40,000 bases of DNA from an uncultured Desulfovibrio sp. (GTDB lineage Bacteria > Desulfobacterota > Desulfovibrionia > Desulfovibrionales > Desulfovibrionaceae), in the NCBI GenBank assembly GCA_964576895.1, contig CAZNXQ010000004.1:1-40000 (forward strand). The letters run 5' to 3'. The position numbers and the translations under genes are program-made. Of the stretch, positions 1-9,878 are shown piece after piece; within the stretch, counting starts at the first letter, position 1, and each line of letters starts with the position of its first letter. Below the pieces are notes generated by a model. That model ran no database searches. It was not told the origin of the DNA and saw nothing but the letters and a program-made list of their open reading frames with translations.

Positions 1-307
1 TCCTCCAACTCGTAAGAAGTTATGCCGTGCTCATGCCGGAAATGGCGCGCCCCCCAGGGCATCGCGCGTTTCCGTTCGGAAAGGGAGTGCATGGCTTGCG
101 AAATTAGTAACAAGGGCTGGCGCTTTGCGTCAAGCCCCCCCTGAAAAATTTCCCGGCTACTTGCCGGCGACTGAAAGGAATACACGTTGTATTTCAACAG
201 GTTGCGGGTAAAGAAAAATTTCGTCGCGCGGGTCGAACGGCGCCCTGGGCCCATGCCGGTGCTGCCGCACAGGCGCAAACGCGCCGCCGGCGGTCGCGCG
301 CTGGCGG

Positions 308-341
308 CAAAAAAGAGGGCTGCCGGCAGTGCCGGCAGCCC
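308..341 (-). terminator. Rho-independent terminator downstream of argD
   Basis: Perfect 11-bp stem GGGCTGCCGGC / GCCGGCAGCCC (317-327 / 331-341) with a 3-nt loop. On the minus strand it is followed by TCTTTTTTG (316-308). It lies about 55 nt after the argD stop. Confidence 0.6.
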
Positions 342-395
342 GGAAAAAGCGGTGCGGGCCACGGCCCCGTGGGGCCGTAGTCCTGGGCGCGGGCC

Positions 396-1595
396 TCAGC
401 GGCCCGTGAGGATGTCCTCCAGCGTGACGGCGAAGCTGTCGAGGTCCACTTCCGGAATGGTCAGGGGCGGCAGGAGCCGCAGGGTCATGCCGTGGCAGAG
501 ATTGCAGATGAAGCCCCGCCGGAGGAGTTCCTCCCACACGGGTTTGCCTTCCACGGCGAGCTCCACGCCGATCATCAGGCCCATGCCGCGCACCTCGCGG
601 ATCTTTTCCGGCAGGCGCGCCTGGAGGGCGCGGAGCCTGTCCATGAGGGCCGCGCCAAGCCTGGCCGCGCGCGCCGGAATATCGTCGCGCAGCAGGATCT
701 CCACCACTTTGGCGGCCACGGCGCTGGTGAGCGCGCCGCCGCCGAAGGTGGTGGCGTGGCTGCCGGGCTCGAAGCCGCGCGCCGCCTCGTCCGTGGCGAG
801 CATGGCGCCCATGGGCAGGCCGTTGGCCAGGGATTTGGCCACGCTGATGGCGTCGGGCGTGAGGCCTGCGTGCTGGAAGGCCCAGAATTTGCCCGTGCGC
901 CCCATGCCGCACTGCACCTCGTCGCAGAGCAGGAGGGCGCCGCGCTCGCGGCACAGGGCCTCCACGCCGCGCAGGTAGTCGGCGGGCAGCGGCACGATGC
1001 CGCCCTCGCCCTGGACGCACTCGAGAAGGACGGCGGCCGTGGCCGGCGTCATGGCGGCCGCCAGGGCATCGAGGTCGCACGACGGGACCTGGCGGAAGCC
1101 CTCGGGCAGCGGCGTGAACCCGTCGGAAAGGCTTTCGCGTCCCGTGGCGGCGAGCGTGCCCAGGGTGCGGCCGTGGAAGCAGCCGGAAAGGGTGATGATC
1201 TCAAAGGCGTCGCGCCGCTGCACCTTGCGCATGTAGCGCCGGGCGAGCTTGATGCAGGCCTCGTTGGCCTCGGCGCCGGAATTGCAGAAGAACGCCTTGC
1301 CGTGGTGGGTGGTGGAGAGCAGGCGCCGCGCCAGTTCCAGCTGTTCCTCCTGATAGAAGAGATTGCTCACATGCCAGAGCTTGCGCGCCTGCGCCTCCAG
1401 GGCGGCGTTGACCTCAGGGTTGCAGTGGCCGAGGGCCGTCACGGCGATGCCCGCCAGAAGGTCCACATATTCTTTGCCGTCCGCGTCCCAGAGGCGCGCG
1501 CCCTCGCCCCGGACGATGGCCAGCGGGTAGCGGCTGTAGGAGCGGCAGAGCAGGCGCTCTTCCTCCGCCCGGATGGTGTCGAAGGCGTCCGACAT
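396..1595 (-). CDS. argD: Acetylornithine aminotransferase (class-III PLP aminotransferase)
   Basis: ORF 396-1637(-). The product has class-III aminotransferase hallmarks: GEGARLWDADGKEYVDLLAGIAV..LGH, FFCNSGAEANE, DEVQCGMGRTGKFWA, SVAKSLANGLPMGA. I moved the start to Met15 (MSDAFD.., 1595) because the 14 upstream codons are Arg/Pro-rich. Confidence 0.88.
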   Translation of the reverse strand: MSDAFDTIRAEEERLLCRSYSRYPLAIVRGEGARLWDADGKEYVDLLAGIAVTALGHCNPEVNAALEAQARKLWHVSNLFYQEEQLELARRLLSTTHHGKAFFCNSGAEANEACIKLARRYMRKVQRRDAFEIITLSGCFHGRTLGTLAATGRESLSDGFTPLPEGFRQVPSCDLDALAAAMTPATAAVLLECVQGEGGIVPLPADYLRGVEALCRERGALLLCDEVQCGMGRTGKFWAFQHAGLTPDAISVAKSLANGLPMGAMLATDEAARGFEPGSHATTFGGGALTSAVAAKVVEILLRDDIPARAARLGAALMDRLRALQARLPEKIREVRGMGLMIGVELAVEGKPVWEELLRRGFICNLCHGMTLRLLPPLTIPEVDLDSFAVTLEDILTGR

Positions 1596-1684
1596 GATGA
1601 AACTCCTTTGCGGCGGCGTGCGCCGGCTGCGGTTCAATGAACGGGGAAGGCCGGGATTTCCGGCGGGGCTGTCGCGGCCCGGAC

Positions 1685-2185
1685 TCAGAGGCCGGTATGG
1701 CCGAAGCCGCCCGCGCCGCGCTCCGTGGGCCGGAGCTTCGGCACCTCTTCCCAGGCCGGGCGGGCATAGGGCTGGAACACGAGCTGGGCCACGCGGTCGC
1801 CCCGCCTGAGGAGCCGCTCCTCCCCGGAGGTATTCAGGAGGATGACAAGGATCTCGCCGGTATAGTCGGGATCGATGACGCCCACGCCCTGGGCCACCAC
1901 AAGGCCGTCCCGCGCGCCGAGGCCGCTGCGGGAATAGATGAAGCCCGCATAGCCCGGTCTGGCGGGCTGGATGCTGAGGCCCGCGGGCACGGTCAGGCGG
2001 CCGCCGGGGGCGATGCGCGCCGTTTCCTCCGCAAGGCAGGCGCGAAGGTCCATGCCGGCGGAAAGGGGCGTGGCCGGCGCGGGCAGGCCGCCATCGGCGC
2101 GGGCGTAGAGTTCGCGCGCGCCGGGGCGCACGAAGGCGATGCGGACAGGGAGCGTGGCGTCAGCCGGGGGACAGGAGATGTTCAT
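1685..2185 (-). CDS. dut: dUTP diphosphatase (dUTPase)
   Basis: dUTPase motifs are present: AGMDLRA, SRSGLGARDG, GVIDPDYTGEI, and C-terminal RGAGGFGHTG. The start is taken at the internal Met (MNISCPP.., ATG at 2185) rather than the ORF-track start at 2287. Confidence 0.85.
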   Translation of the reverse strand: MNISCPPADATLPVRIAFVRPGARELYARADGGLPAPATPLSAGMDLRACLAEETARIAPGGRLTVPAGLSIQPARPGYAGFIYSRSGLGARDGLVVAQGVGVIDPDYTGEILVILLNTSGEERLLRRGDRVAQLVFQPYARPAWEEVPKLRPTERGAGGFGHTGL

Positions 2186-2307
2186 GCCGCGTTGTAGCGC
2201 AGCGCACGGCGGACTGCAAGCGCCGGCGCCCCGCGCGGCGGCATGGGCATTGACCGTACCGCTTCCCCCGGCGTATGGAAGGGGCAACCTTCAGCCGGGG
2301 AGCACGC

Positions 2308-3141
2308 ATGCCCGCACCGCATCTTCCTGAGGCGCTGTATGGCGTCATCGGCTGGCCGCTGGGCCAGAGCCTTTCGCCGCTCGTCCACAATACGGGGTTC
2401 CGGGCCCTGGGCATACCGGCCGTCTACCTGCGCTGGGAGATCCCCCCGGAGCGCCTCGGCGCGTTCATGGACGCCCTGCGCCTGCTGGACATCCGGGGCT
2501 GCTCCGTGACCATCCCGCACAAGCAGGCCGTCATGCCCTTTCTGGATGTGGTGAGCGAGCGGGCCACCCTGGCCTGCGCGGCCAATACCCTCTACTGGAA
2601 GGACGGCGCCCTGTGCGGGGACAATACCGACGTTGCCGGCTTTCTCGCGCCGCTCGGCGCCGAGCCGCTGGACCGGAGGGACGCGCTCCTGCTGGGCGCG
2701 GGCGGGGCGGCGCACGCCGTGGCGGCGGCCCTGCGCCTGCGGGGCTGCCAGCGCGTCCGGGTCTGTACGCCGGGCAACCGCCGCCATCTCGACCTGGCCG
2801 AGCGCTTCGGCTTTACGCCCGTGACTTGGGAGCAACGGTACGACCTGCCCGCGGGGCTGGTCATCAATGCCACGCTCCTGGGCATGCGCGGGAAACACGA
2901 GGACGAAACGCCCTACGACTTTGCCCGCGCTCCCGGCGCGCCCGGCGGCATTGCCTATGACATCGTCTACAATCCCGCGCGCACGCGCTTTCTTCGCGAG
3001 GCGGCCCAGGCGGGGCGGCGGTGCGTCAACGGCGTGGAAATGTTCCTTGGCCAGGCCGACGCCCAGTTCCGCATCTGGACGGGACAGGCCCTGCCGGAGG
3101 AAGCGCGGGCGGCGCTGGAAGCCGCGCTTGGGGCGCGCTGA
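2308..3141 (+). CDS. aroE: Shikimate 5-dehydrogenase
   Basis: LYGVIGWPLGQSLSPLVHN.., RGCSVTIPHK and NTDVAGF match AroE signatures, and a GAGGAA Rossmann motif is present. The start is taken at Met12 (2308); the exact start is uncertain. Confidence 0.85.
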   Translation: MPAPHLPEALYGVIGWPLGQSLSPLVHNTGFRALGIPAVYLRWEIPPERLGAFMDALRLLDIRGCSVTIPHKQAVMPFLDVVSERATLACAANTLYWKDGALCGDNTDVAGFLAPLGAEPLDRRDALLLGAGGAAHAVAAALRLRGCQRVRVCTPGNRRHLDLAERFGFTPVTWEQRYDLPAGLVINATLLGMRGKHEDETPYDFARAPGAPGGIAYDIVYNPARTRFLREAAQAGRRCVNGVEMFLGQADAQFRIWTGQALPEEARAALEAALGAR

Positions 3142-3263
3142 CGCCCGCATGGTTTCAATGGTTCTAATGGCTGTTTTTGACGGAGAATTTCGGCAGTACC
3201 CACACAGCGCAGGCGCGTCATCAATTAATTCAAAAGCATAACAAGCCTTTTCAGGGAGACAGC

Positions 3264-3698
3264 ATGACCGTTCTTGTCCTGCACGGCGTCAACCTCAACA
3301 TGTTCGGCAGGCGCGACCCGGCCCAGTACGGCACGGCCACGCTGGAGGACATCAATGCCGCGCTGGCGGCCCTGGCCGGGGAGCTGGGCGTGGAACTCGC
3401 CACCTTCCAGACCAACCACGAGGGCGACATGGTGGAGCGCATCCACGCGGCCCTGGACGACGGCACCTCCGCCGTGGTCATCAATGCGGGCGCGTGGACG
3501 CACACCAGCCACGCCATCGCCGACGCCCTGGCCATCCTGTCCGTGCCCGTGGTGGAGGTGCACATGTCCAACGTGCACGCGCGCGAGCCCTTCCGGCATG
3601 AGAGCGTGCTGGCGCGCGTCTGCGCCGGGAGCATCGCGGGCTTCGGCGTGCAGAGCTACCTGCTGGGCCTGCGCGCGGCGTGCGCGCTGGCCCGCTGA
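3264..3698 (+). CDS. aroQ: 3-dehydroquinate dehydratase, type II
   Basis: MTVLVLHGVNLNMFGRRDPAQYG, FQTNHEG, INAGAWTHTS and VEVHMSNVHAREPFRH are type-II DHQase signatures. ATG at 3264. Confidence 0.9.
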   Translation: MTVLVLHGVNLNMFGRRDPAQYGTATLEDINAALAALAGELGVELATFQTNHEGDMVERIHAALDDGTSAVVINAGAWTHTSHAIADALAILSVPVVEVHMSNVHAREPFRHESVLARVCAGSIAGFGVQSYLLGLRAACALAR

Positions 3699-3854
3699 CG
3701 TTCCGCCCCCGCTTCCCCCGCGGCGCGGGGCTCCGGGAGAAAGTTCTTCCGGAGGCAAGGGGCTGGATTTTCATTTGTGCTTCCTGTACGGTGGCGGGAA
3801 CTGCGGTGGTTCCCCTTCCCGGTTGTTCAACCTGCGACCAGCTCCGGAGTTGCC

Positions 3855-4439
3855 ATGAACAATGCCATCTCCCTTGGCCGGATGCGCGACCCGGCCTTCA
3901 CCCGCGAGGTGGAGGAGCGCAGCGGCCAGAACATCTCCACCTGCTACCAGTGCGGCAACTGCACGGCGGGCTGCCCGGCGGGCTTTGTCTATGACCGCCA
4001 GGTGAGCCAGATCATGCGCGGCGTCCAGCTTGGCCTCAGGGACCAGGTGCTCAGGTCCAATGCCATCTGGTACTGCCTGGGCTGTTCCATGTGCAGCCAG
4101 CGCTGCCCCAACAATATCGACGTGGCGCGCGTCATGGAGACCCTGCGCCACATGGCCCGCCACGAGGGTGACGTGGCCGTGCCGAAGGTGGAGAAGTTCT
4201 GGTTCTCCTTCCTTGATACGGTGCGCGCCTTCGGCCGCACCTACGAGATCGGCACCATGGCGCTCTACATGCTCCGTTCCCTGCGCCTGACCACTGATGT
4301 GGACCTCGCGCCGGCCGCGCTCAAGCGGCACAAGCTGCCCTTCATTCCCAAGGGCGCGCCTGACGGCGGGGCCGCCGCCGCGGGCCGCATCCTGGCGCGC
4401 TACAAGGCCAGGGCCAAAGCCGAGGGGGTGCGGCCATGA
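3855..4439 (+). CDS. hdrC: Heterodisulfide reductase subunit C-like (2x[4Fe-4S])
   Basis: CYQCGNCTAGCP and CLGCSMCSQRCP motifs. ATG at 3855 (MNNAIS..). The stop overlaps the hdrB start (4436-4439, ATGA). Confidence 0.85.
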   Translation: MNNAISLGRMRDPAFTREVEERSGQNISTCYQCGNCTAGCPAGFVYDRQVSQIMRGVQLGLRDQVLRSNAIWYCLGCSMCSQRCPNNIDVARVMETLRHMARHEGDVAVPKVEKFWFSFLDTVRAFGRTYEIGTMALYMLRSLRLTTDVDLAPAALKRHKLPFIPKGAPDGGAAAAGRILARYKARAKAEGVRP

Positions 4440-5356
4440 AGTACGCCTATTATCCGGGCTGCTCGCAGGAGGGCTCGGCTCTTGATTACGGCAAGTCCAC
4501 GGGCGCGCTCTGCGCGGCGCTGGGCATCGAGCTTGCGGAAATCGCGGGCTGGAGCTGCTGCGGCTCCACCCCGGCGCATGCCGTGGATACCGAACTTTCG
4601 GCCGCGCTCTGCGCGCGCAACCTTGACCTTGCGGCGCGGGACGGCGCCGAACAGGTGGTCACGCCCTGTCCGAGCTGTCTTTCCAATCTGCGTCTGGCGG
4701 CCGACCGGATGAAAGAACCCGTGTTCCGCGCCCGTGTCAACGAGTTGCTGGACGCGCCCGCCGCCGAGTGTCTGCCGGAGTCCACCTCGGTCATGCAGCT
4801 CATCGGCCGCCTCTACGATGCGGACAGCCTCGCGGCGCGGGTGACGCGGCCCCTCACGGGCCTGAAGGTCGCGGCCTATTACGGCTGCCTCATGAGCCGC
4901 CCGGCGGATGTCATGCAGTTCGGCGACCCGGAAAATCCCACGCTCATGGAGAGCCTGCTTGCGGCCTGCGGCGCCGAGATGCTGGAGTTTCCGCTCAAGA
5001 CGGTCTGCTGCGGCGCGTCCTTCGGCATTCCGGAGCGGCCGCTCACGGCGCGCAACTCCGGGCGTATCCTCGACCTGGCGACAAAGCTCGGCGCGGACGT
5101 CATTGCCGTGGCCTGCCCGCTCTGCCAGATGAATCTTGACCTGCGCCAGAAGCAGGCGGCCAGGGCCGAGGACGCCTTTTTCCACATGCCGGTGCTCTAT
5201 TTCACCCAGCTCATGGGCCTTGCCATGGGCATCGCGCCTGAGCATCTCGGTCTGGATCAGCTCTGCGTGAGCGCCGAGCCCCTCCTGCGCAAGATGGAGG
5301 CCGCGCGGGCGGCCGCCGGCGCCAAGGGCACGGAAGCCAAGGGAGGCAAGGCATGA
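4436..5356 (+). CDS. hdrB: Heterodisulfide reductase subunit B-like (two CCG domains)
   Basis: MKYAYYPGCS.., WSCCGSTPAH, PCPSCLSNL, YYGC and ACPLCQMNLD are cysteine-rich CCG-domain signatures. A 4-nt overlap with hdrA (5353-5356) indicates translational coupling. Confidence 0.85.
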   Translation: MKYAYYPGCSQEGSALDYGKSTGALCAALGIELAEIAGWSCCGSTPAHAVDTELSAALCARNLDLAARDGAEQVVTPCPSCLSNLRLAADRMKEPVFRARVNELLDAPAAECLPESTSVMQLIGRLYDADSLAARVTRPLTGLKVAAYYGCLMSRPADVMQFGDPENPTLMESLLAACGAEMLEFPLKTVCCGASFGIPERPLTARNSGRILDLATKLGADVIAVACPLCQMNLDLRQKQAARAEDAFFHMPVLYFTQLMGLAMGIAPEHLGLDQLCVSAEPLLRKMEAARAAAGAKGTEAKGGKA

Positions 5357-7314
5357 GAATCGGCGTCTTTATCTGCCACTGCGGCAGCAATATCGCGGGC
5401 ACCGTGGACGTGGCCCAGGTGGCGGAACGCGCCCGCCATTACCCGGACGTGGTCTATGCGGACGACCCCATGTACACCTGCGCCGAACCGGGCCAGGCCG
5501 GCATTGAGGCCGCCATCAAGGAATACCGGCTCGACGGCGTGGTGGTGGCCTCCTGCACGCCGCGCATGCACGAGCCCACCTTCCGCCGCACCGTGGCGCG
5601 GGCCGGGCTCAACCCCTACATGTTCGAGATGGCCAATATCCGCGAGCATGTCTCGTGGATCGGCAAGGACAGGGAGGCCAATACCAACAAGGCCGCCGAG
5701 CTCGTCCTCATGGCCGTGGAAAAGCTGCGCCGCAACCGGCCGCTGGCGCCCAAGTCCTTTGACGTGACCAAGAAGGTGCTCATCATCGGCGGCGGCGTGG
5801 CGGGCATCCAGGCCGCGCTCGACTGCGCGGACGGCGGGGTGCCGGTCATCCTGGTGGAGCGCGAGGCCACCATCGGCGGCAAGATGGCCAAGCTGGACAA
5901 GACCTTTCCCACGGTGGACTGCTCGGCCTGCATCCTCGGCCCCAAGATGGTGGACGTGGCCCAGCATCCGCTCATCACGCTCTACGCCTATTCCGAGGTG
6001 GAGGACATTTCCGGCTATGTGGGCAACTTCCAGGTGAAGATCCGCAAGAAGACGCCCTATGTGGACTGGAGCAAGTGCACGGGCTGCGGCGCCTGCACCG
6101 AAAAATGCCCCAGCAGGAAAACGCCGGACGCCTTCAACGAATTCACGGGCGAGACCACGGCCATCACCATCGCCTTTCCGCAGGCCATCCCCAAGAAGGC
6201 GGTCATCAACGCCCCCTACTGCCGCAAGCTCACCAGCGGCAAGTGCGGCATCTGCGCCAAGGTCTGTCCCACCGGGGCCGTCAATTACGAGCTGAAGGAC
6301 GAGATCGTCAGCGAGACCGTGGGTTCCATCGTGGCGGCCACGGGCTATGACCTCATGGACTGGTCAGTCTACGAGGAATACGGCGGCGGCAAATATCCGG
6401 ACGTCATCACGGCCCTCCAGTACGAGCGGCTGCTCAACGCCTCCGGCCCCACGGGAGGCCACATCGTGCGCCCGTCCGACGGCCGCGAGCCGAAGGACGT
6501 GGTCTTCATCCAGTGCGTGGGCTCGCGCGACAGGTCCGTGGGGCGCCCCTACTGCTCCGGCTTCTGCTGCATGTATACGGCCAAGCAGGCCGTGCTCACC
6601 AAGGACCATCTGCCCGACTCGCAGTCCTACGTCTTCTATATGGACATCCGCGCCGCGGGCAAGCTCTATGACGAGTTCACGCGCCGCGCCATGGAGGAAT
6701 ACGGCACCCACTACATCCGGGGCCGCGTCTCGGCCATCTATCCCGACGGCGAGGGCCGCTATGTGGTCATGGGCGCCGATACCCTCATGGGCGAGCCCAT
6801 TGAGATCAGGGCCGACCTCGTGGTGCTGGCCGTGGGCATCGAGGCCAGCGAGGGCGCGTCCAAGCTGGCGGAAAAGCTGCGTATCTCCTACGACAGCTAC
6901 GGCTTTTTCATGGAAAGCCACGTCAAGCTCAAGCCTGTGGAGACCAATACCGCAGGTGTCTTCCTGGCGGGCGTCTGCCAGGGGCCCAAGGACATCCCGG
7001 CCTCCGTGGCGCAGGGCTCGGCGGCGGCGGCCAAGGTGCTTGATCTGTTCGCCAAACCGAAACTCCAGAGCGACCCGCAGATCGCCCATGTGGACATCCG
7101 CCGCTGTGTGGACTGCGGCAAGTGCATCCGCTGCTGTCCCTTCGGCGCCATCGAGGAAGTGAACGTGCGCGGCGAAAACAAGGCCCAGGTCATCGAGACG
7201 GTCTGCCAGGGCTGCGGCCTCTGCGTGGCGACCTGTCCGCAGGGCGCCATCCAGCTCTCGCATTCCACCGACAATCAGATTCTCGCGGAGGTCAACGCGC
7301 TATGCCGGTTCTAG
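5353..7314 (+). CDS. hdrA: Heterodisulfide reductase subunit A-like flavoprotein (FAD + multiple [4Fe-4S])
   Basis: N-terminal MRIGVFICHCGSNIAG, FAD motif VLIIGGGVAGIQAALD, and four CxxCxxCxxxCP motifs (CTGCGACTEKCP, CGICAKVCP, CVDCGKCIRCCP, CQGCGLCVATCP). Confidence 0.9.
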   Translation: MRIGVFICHCGSNIAGTVDVAQVAERARHYPDVVYADDPMYTCAEPGQAGIEAAIKEYRLDGVVVASCTPRMHEPTFRRTVARAGLNPYMFEMANIREHVSWIGKDREANTNKAAELVLMAVEKLRRNRPLAPKSFDVTKKVLIIGGGVAGIQAALDCADGGVPVILVEREATIGGKMAKLDKTFPTVDCSACILGPKMVDVAQHPLITLYAYSEVEDISGYVGNFQVKIRKKTPYVDWSKCTGCGACTEKCPSRKTPDAFNEFTGETTAITIAFPQAIPKKAVINAPYCRKLTSGKCGICAKVCPTGAVNYELKDEIVSETVGSIVAATGYDLMDWSVYEEYGGGKYPDVITALQYERLLNASGPTGGHIVRPSDGREPKDVVFIQCVGSRDRSVGRPYCSGFCCMYTAKQAVLTKDHLPDSQSYVFYMDIRAAGKLYDEFTRRAMEEYGTHYIRGRVSAIYPDGEGRYVVMGADTLMGEPIEIRADLVVLAVGIEASEGASKLAEKLRISYDSYGFFMESHVKLKPVETNTAGVFLAGVCQGPKDIPASVAQGSAAAAKVLDLFAKPKLQSDPQIAHVDIRRCVDCGKCIRCCPFGAIEEVNVRGENKAQVIETVCQGCGLCVATCPQGAIQLSHSTDNQILAEVNALCRF

Positions 7315-8750
7315 AAGGCAAGGAACTGCGGATCGTCGGCTTTCTCTGCAACTGGTGCTCCTACGGCGGCGCGGACACGGCCGGCGTGGCGCGCGCCGGG
7401 CAGCCCACCGACCTGCGCGTCATCCGCGTGCCCTGCACGGGCCGCGTGGACCCGCTCTTCATCGTCAAGGCCCTGCTGGAAGGCGCGGACGGCGTTCTCG
7501 TTTCCGGCTGTCACCCGCGCGACTGCCACTACGCCGTGGGCAATTTTTACGCCCGCCGCCGTCTGGAGGTGGTGCGCGAATTTTTGCCCGTGCTCGGCAT
7601 CGACCAGCGCCGCTTCGCCTACACCTGGGTCTCGGCCTCGGAGGGGCAGCGCTGGCAGGAGGTGGTGCAGAAGTTCACCGCCGAGATCCATGCCCTGGGC
7701 CCGGCCCCGCGTCTGGAAGACGCCAGGCCGCTGCTCCGCCTGGCCGACATGGCGCTTTCCTCTCTGCATCCGCTGGGCACCGGCCAGAAGGCGCCCCTGG
7801 ACGAGCTCAAAGCCGCCATCAGGGCCAAACTGCCCGAACTGGAATGCGTCATCGGCTGGCAGCAGGGCTATGACGCGGCCCATGTGGTGCCGCTGTTCAT
7901 GAAGACCCCCGAAGACGTGGACAAGCTCGTGTGGGGGCCGTTCAACGTCAACAATCCCGCGGTCTATCTGCCGCAGTTCAAGGGCAAAAAGGTCGGCGTG
8001 GTGGTCAAGGGCTGCGACTCGCGCTCCATTGCCGAGCTCCTGCAGGAGCAGCTCATCAGCCGTGAGGACGTGACCATTTTTTCCATCCCCTGCGAAGGGG
8101 TGCTGGACATGGCCCGCGTCAACACGGAACTGGGCCGCTACACGAAGATCGACGGCGTGAGCATGGACGAGGCCGGCGTGACCATCACGGCCGACGGCAG
8201 GGAGCACCGCTTCTGCATGACCGAGTGCGCCCAGGGCAAGTGCTACGGCTGCACCACGCCCGGCGCGGTCATTGCGGACCAGCGCTTCGGCGCGCCCGTG
8301 GAGGTGACGCCCGGCGCGCACACGCCGCCGGAGCTCGCCATGCTTGACGCCATGAGCCTGGAAGAGCGCATGGGCTTCTGGAAGGCGCAGATGGAACGCT
8401 GCCTGCGCTGCTATGCCTGCCGCAACGCCTGCCCCATGTGCGTCTGCCGCGACCACTGCATTTCCGACTCCCGCGAGCCGCACTGGATGAGCCAGGCCGA
8501 CAGCGCGCGCGACAAGCTCTTTTTCCAGGCCATCCACGCGCTGCATCTGGCCGGGCGCTGCACGGGTTGCGGCGAATGCCAGCGCGCCTGCCCGGTGGGC
8601 ATTCCCATCCTCGCGTTGCGCCAGCAGATCGCCCGCGCGGTGGGCAATCTCTTTGACGGCTACAAGGCCGGCATCGACCCCGCGGCCGTGCCGCCGCTGC
8701 TCACCTACGCGGTGGACGAAACGCATATCCATGAGAGGGAGTGGAAATGA
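7302..8750 (+). CDS. flxD: Fused MvhD-like (FlxD) domain + FlxC-type Fe-S domain protein
   Basis: The N-terminal ~140 aa match MvhD/FlpD (RIVGFLCNWCSYGGADTAG..RVPCTGRVDP..VSGCHPRDCHY). The C-terminal ~330 aa carry CLRCYACRNACPMCVC and CTGCGECQRACP. ATG at 7302 overlaps the hdrA end by 13 nt. The ORF-track start at 7122 lies inside hdrA and was rejected. Confidence 0.75.
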   Translation: MPVLEGKELRIVGFLCNWCSYGGADTAGVARAGQPTDLRVIRVPCTGRVDPLFIVKALLEGADGVLVSGCHPRDCHYAVGNFYARRRLEVVREFLPVLGIDQRRFAYTWVSASEGQRWQEVVQKFTAEIHALGPAPRLEDARPLLRLADMALSSLHPLGTGQKAPLDELKAAIRAKLPELECVIGWQQGYDAAHVVPLFMKTPEDVDKLVWGPFNVNNPAVYLPQFKGKKVGVVVKGCDSRSIAELLQEQLISREDVTIFSIPCEGVLDMARVNTELGRYTKIDGVSMDEAGVTITADGREHRFCMTECAQGKCYGCTTPGAVIADQRFGAPVEVTPGAHTPPELAMLDAMSLEERMGFWKAQMERCLRCYACRNACPMCVCRDHCISDSREPHWMSQADSARDKLFFQAIHALHLAGRCTGCGECQRACPVGIPILALRQQIARAVGNLFDGYKAGIDPAAVPPLLTYAVDETHIHEREWK

Positions 8751-9826
8751 GCATGATCCGTTTTGTCGCTTCGGACGGGCTGCCGGGTCTTGCGGCCTCC
8801 CTCGCCAAGGGCGGCCGCCGTGTGCTCGTGCCCGTGGAAAAGCCCGCCGCCTCCAAGCCCTCCGTGGTCTTTGCGCCCTGGGAGCCGGGCATTGCCATGA
8901 CCCTTGCCAAGGCCACGGTGCCCCCCAAGGAGGCCGTTCTGCCTGAGTGCGAGACGCTCATGACCTTCAGGAAGAACCGGGACGCGGCGGATCTCAACCA
9001 GACCACCGTGGAGCTGGCCCCGGTGGAGGCGGCGCAGCCGACGGTGGTCTTTGCCTGCCGCCCCTGTGATGCGCGCGGCTTTGCCGCGCTGGACAAGCCC
9101 TTTCTCGAAGGCGTCTATGCCGACCCGTATTACCGGGCGCGGCGCGAGGCCCTGACGGTGGTCAGCCTCACCTGCGCCACGGGCTGCGAGACCTGTTTCT
9201 GCCACTGGGTGGGCGGCGGCCCCACCTCGCCCGTGGGCTCGGACGTTCTCATCACGGAGATCGAGGGCGGCTATGTGCTTCAGGCCATGACGCCGCGCGG
9301 CGAGGAGCTGCTGGGCGCAACCGACCTCGCGGACGGCGCGGACAAATTCCCGCTGGCCGAGGCCGCGCGCAAGGCCGCCTGGGCCAGCCTTGTTCCCGCG
9401 CCGGACCTGAAGGATGCCGCGGCGAGCCTCAGGGCCGTTTTCGACGACGCGGCCTTCTGGGAAGCGGAGACCGCGCGCTGCCTTTCCTGCGGGGCCTGCA
9501 CCTATTTCTGCCCCACCTGCTACTGCTTCAACATCACCGACGAGGGCGAGCCGGAAAGTCCCTGCGGCGGCAAACGCCTGCGGAGCTGGGACAACTGCAT
9601 GTCCTCCCGCTATACGCGCGAGGCCAGCGGCCACAACCCGCGCCCCCTGAAGTTCCAGCGCATGCGCAACCGCGTTTCGCACAAGTTCTGGACCTACCCG
9701 GAAAACTGGGGTTCCTTCCTGTGCAGCGGTTGCGGCCGGTGCATCGCCAACTGCCCGGTCTGTCTGGATATCCGCGCCATCGTGCTGGATGCCGTGGCGG
9801 CGGCCAGGGGCAAGGCGGGCGCCTAG
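8747..9826 (+). CDS. flxB: FlxB/FlxC-type (AsrA / sulfhydrogenase-beta-like) Fe-S protein
   Basis: CLSCGACTYFCPTCYCF and CSGCGRCIANCPVC motifs, with the same cysteine architecture as the C-terminal half of the upstream gene (paralogue). ATG at 8747 forms an ATGA overlap with the upstream stop, preceded by GAGGGAG. Confidence 0.7.
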   Translation: MSMIRFVASDGLPGLAASLAKGGRRVLVPVEKPAASKPSVVFAPWEPGIAMTLAKATVPPKEAVLPECETLMTFRKNRDAADLNQTTVELAPVEAAQPTVVFACRPCDARGFAALDKPFLEGVYADPYYRARREALTVVSLTCATGCETCFCHWVGGGPTSPVGSDVLITEIEGGYVLQAMTPRGEELLGATDLADGADKFPLAEAARKAAWASLVPAPDLKDAAASLRAVFDDAAFWEAETARCLSCGACTYFCPTCYCFNITDEGEPESPCGGKRLRSWDNCMSSRYTREASGHNPRPLKFQRMRNRVSHKFWTYPENWGSFLCSGCGRCIANCPVCLDIRAIVLDAVAAARGKAGA

Positions 9827-9878
9827 GCGGTTTTCGCCGGCATCTCTTGAAGTCCATTTGCGTGAAAGGAGCTGATTC

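Noticed and set aside
3792-3804. A possible sigma-54 (-24/-12) promoter TGGCGGGAACTGC upstream of hdrC.
   Set aside because: The GG-to-GC spacing is two nucleotides too short relative to the TGGCAC-N5-TTGC consensus, and the flanking positions do not match.
7122-7301. Extended N-termini suggested by the ORF track: 7122 for the flxD/C fusion, 36815 for hisI, 11539 for tyrS, 32783 for ykgJ-like, 39927 for GT8, and 3177 and 3777 for aroQ and hdrC.
   Set aside because: The extensions overlap upstream genes or repeats, are compositionally aberrant, and lie upstream of internal Met codons. Those Met codons have good SD sequences and coincide with the conserved family N-termini.
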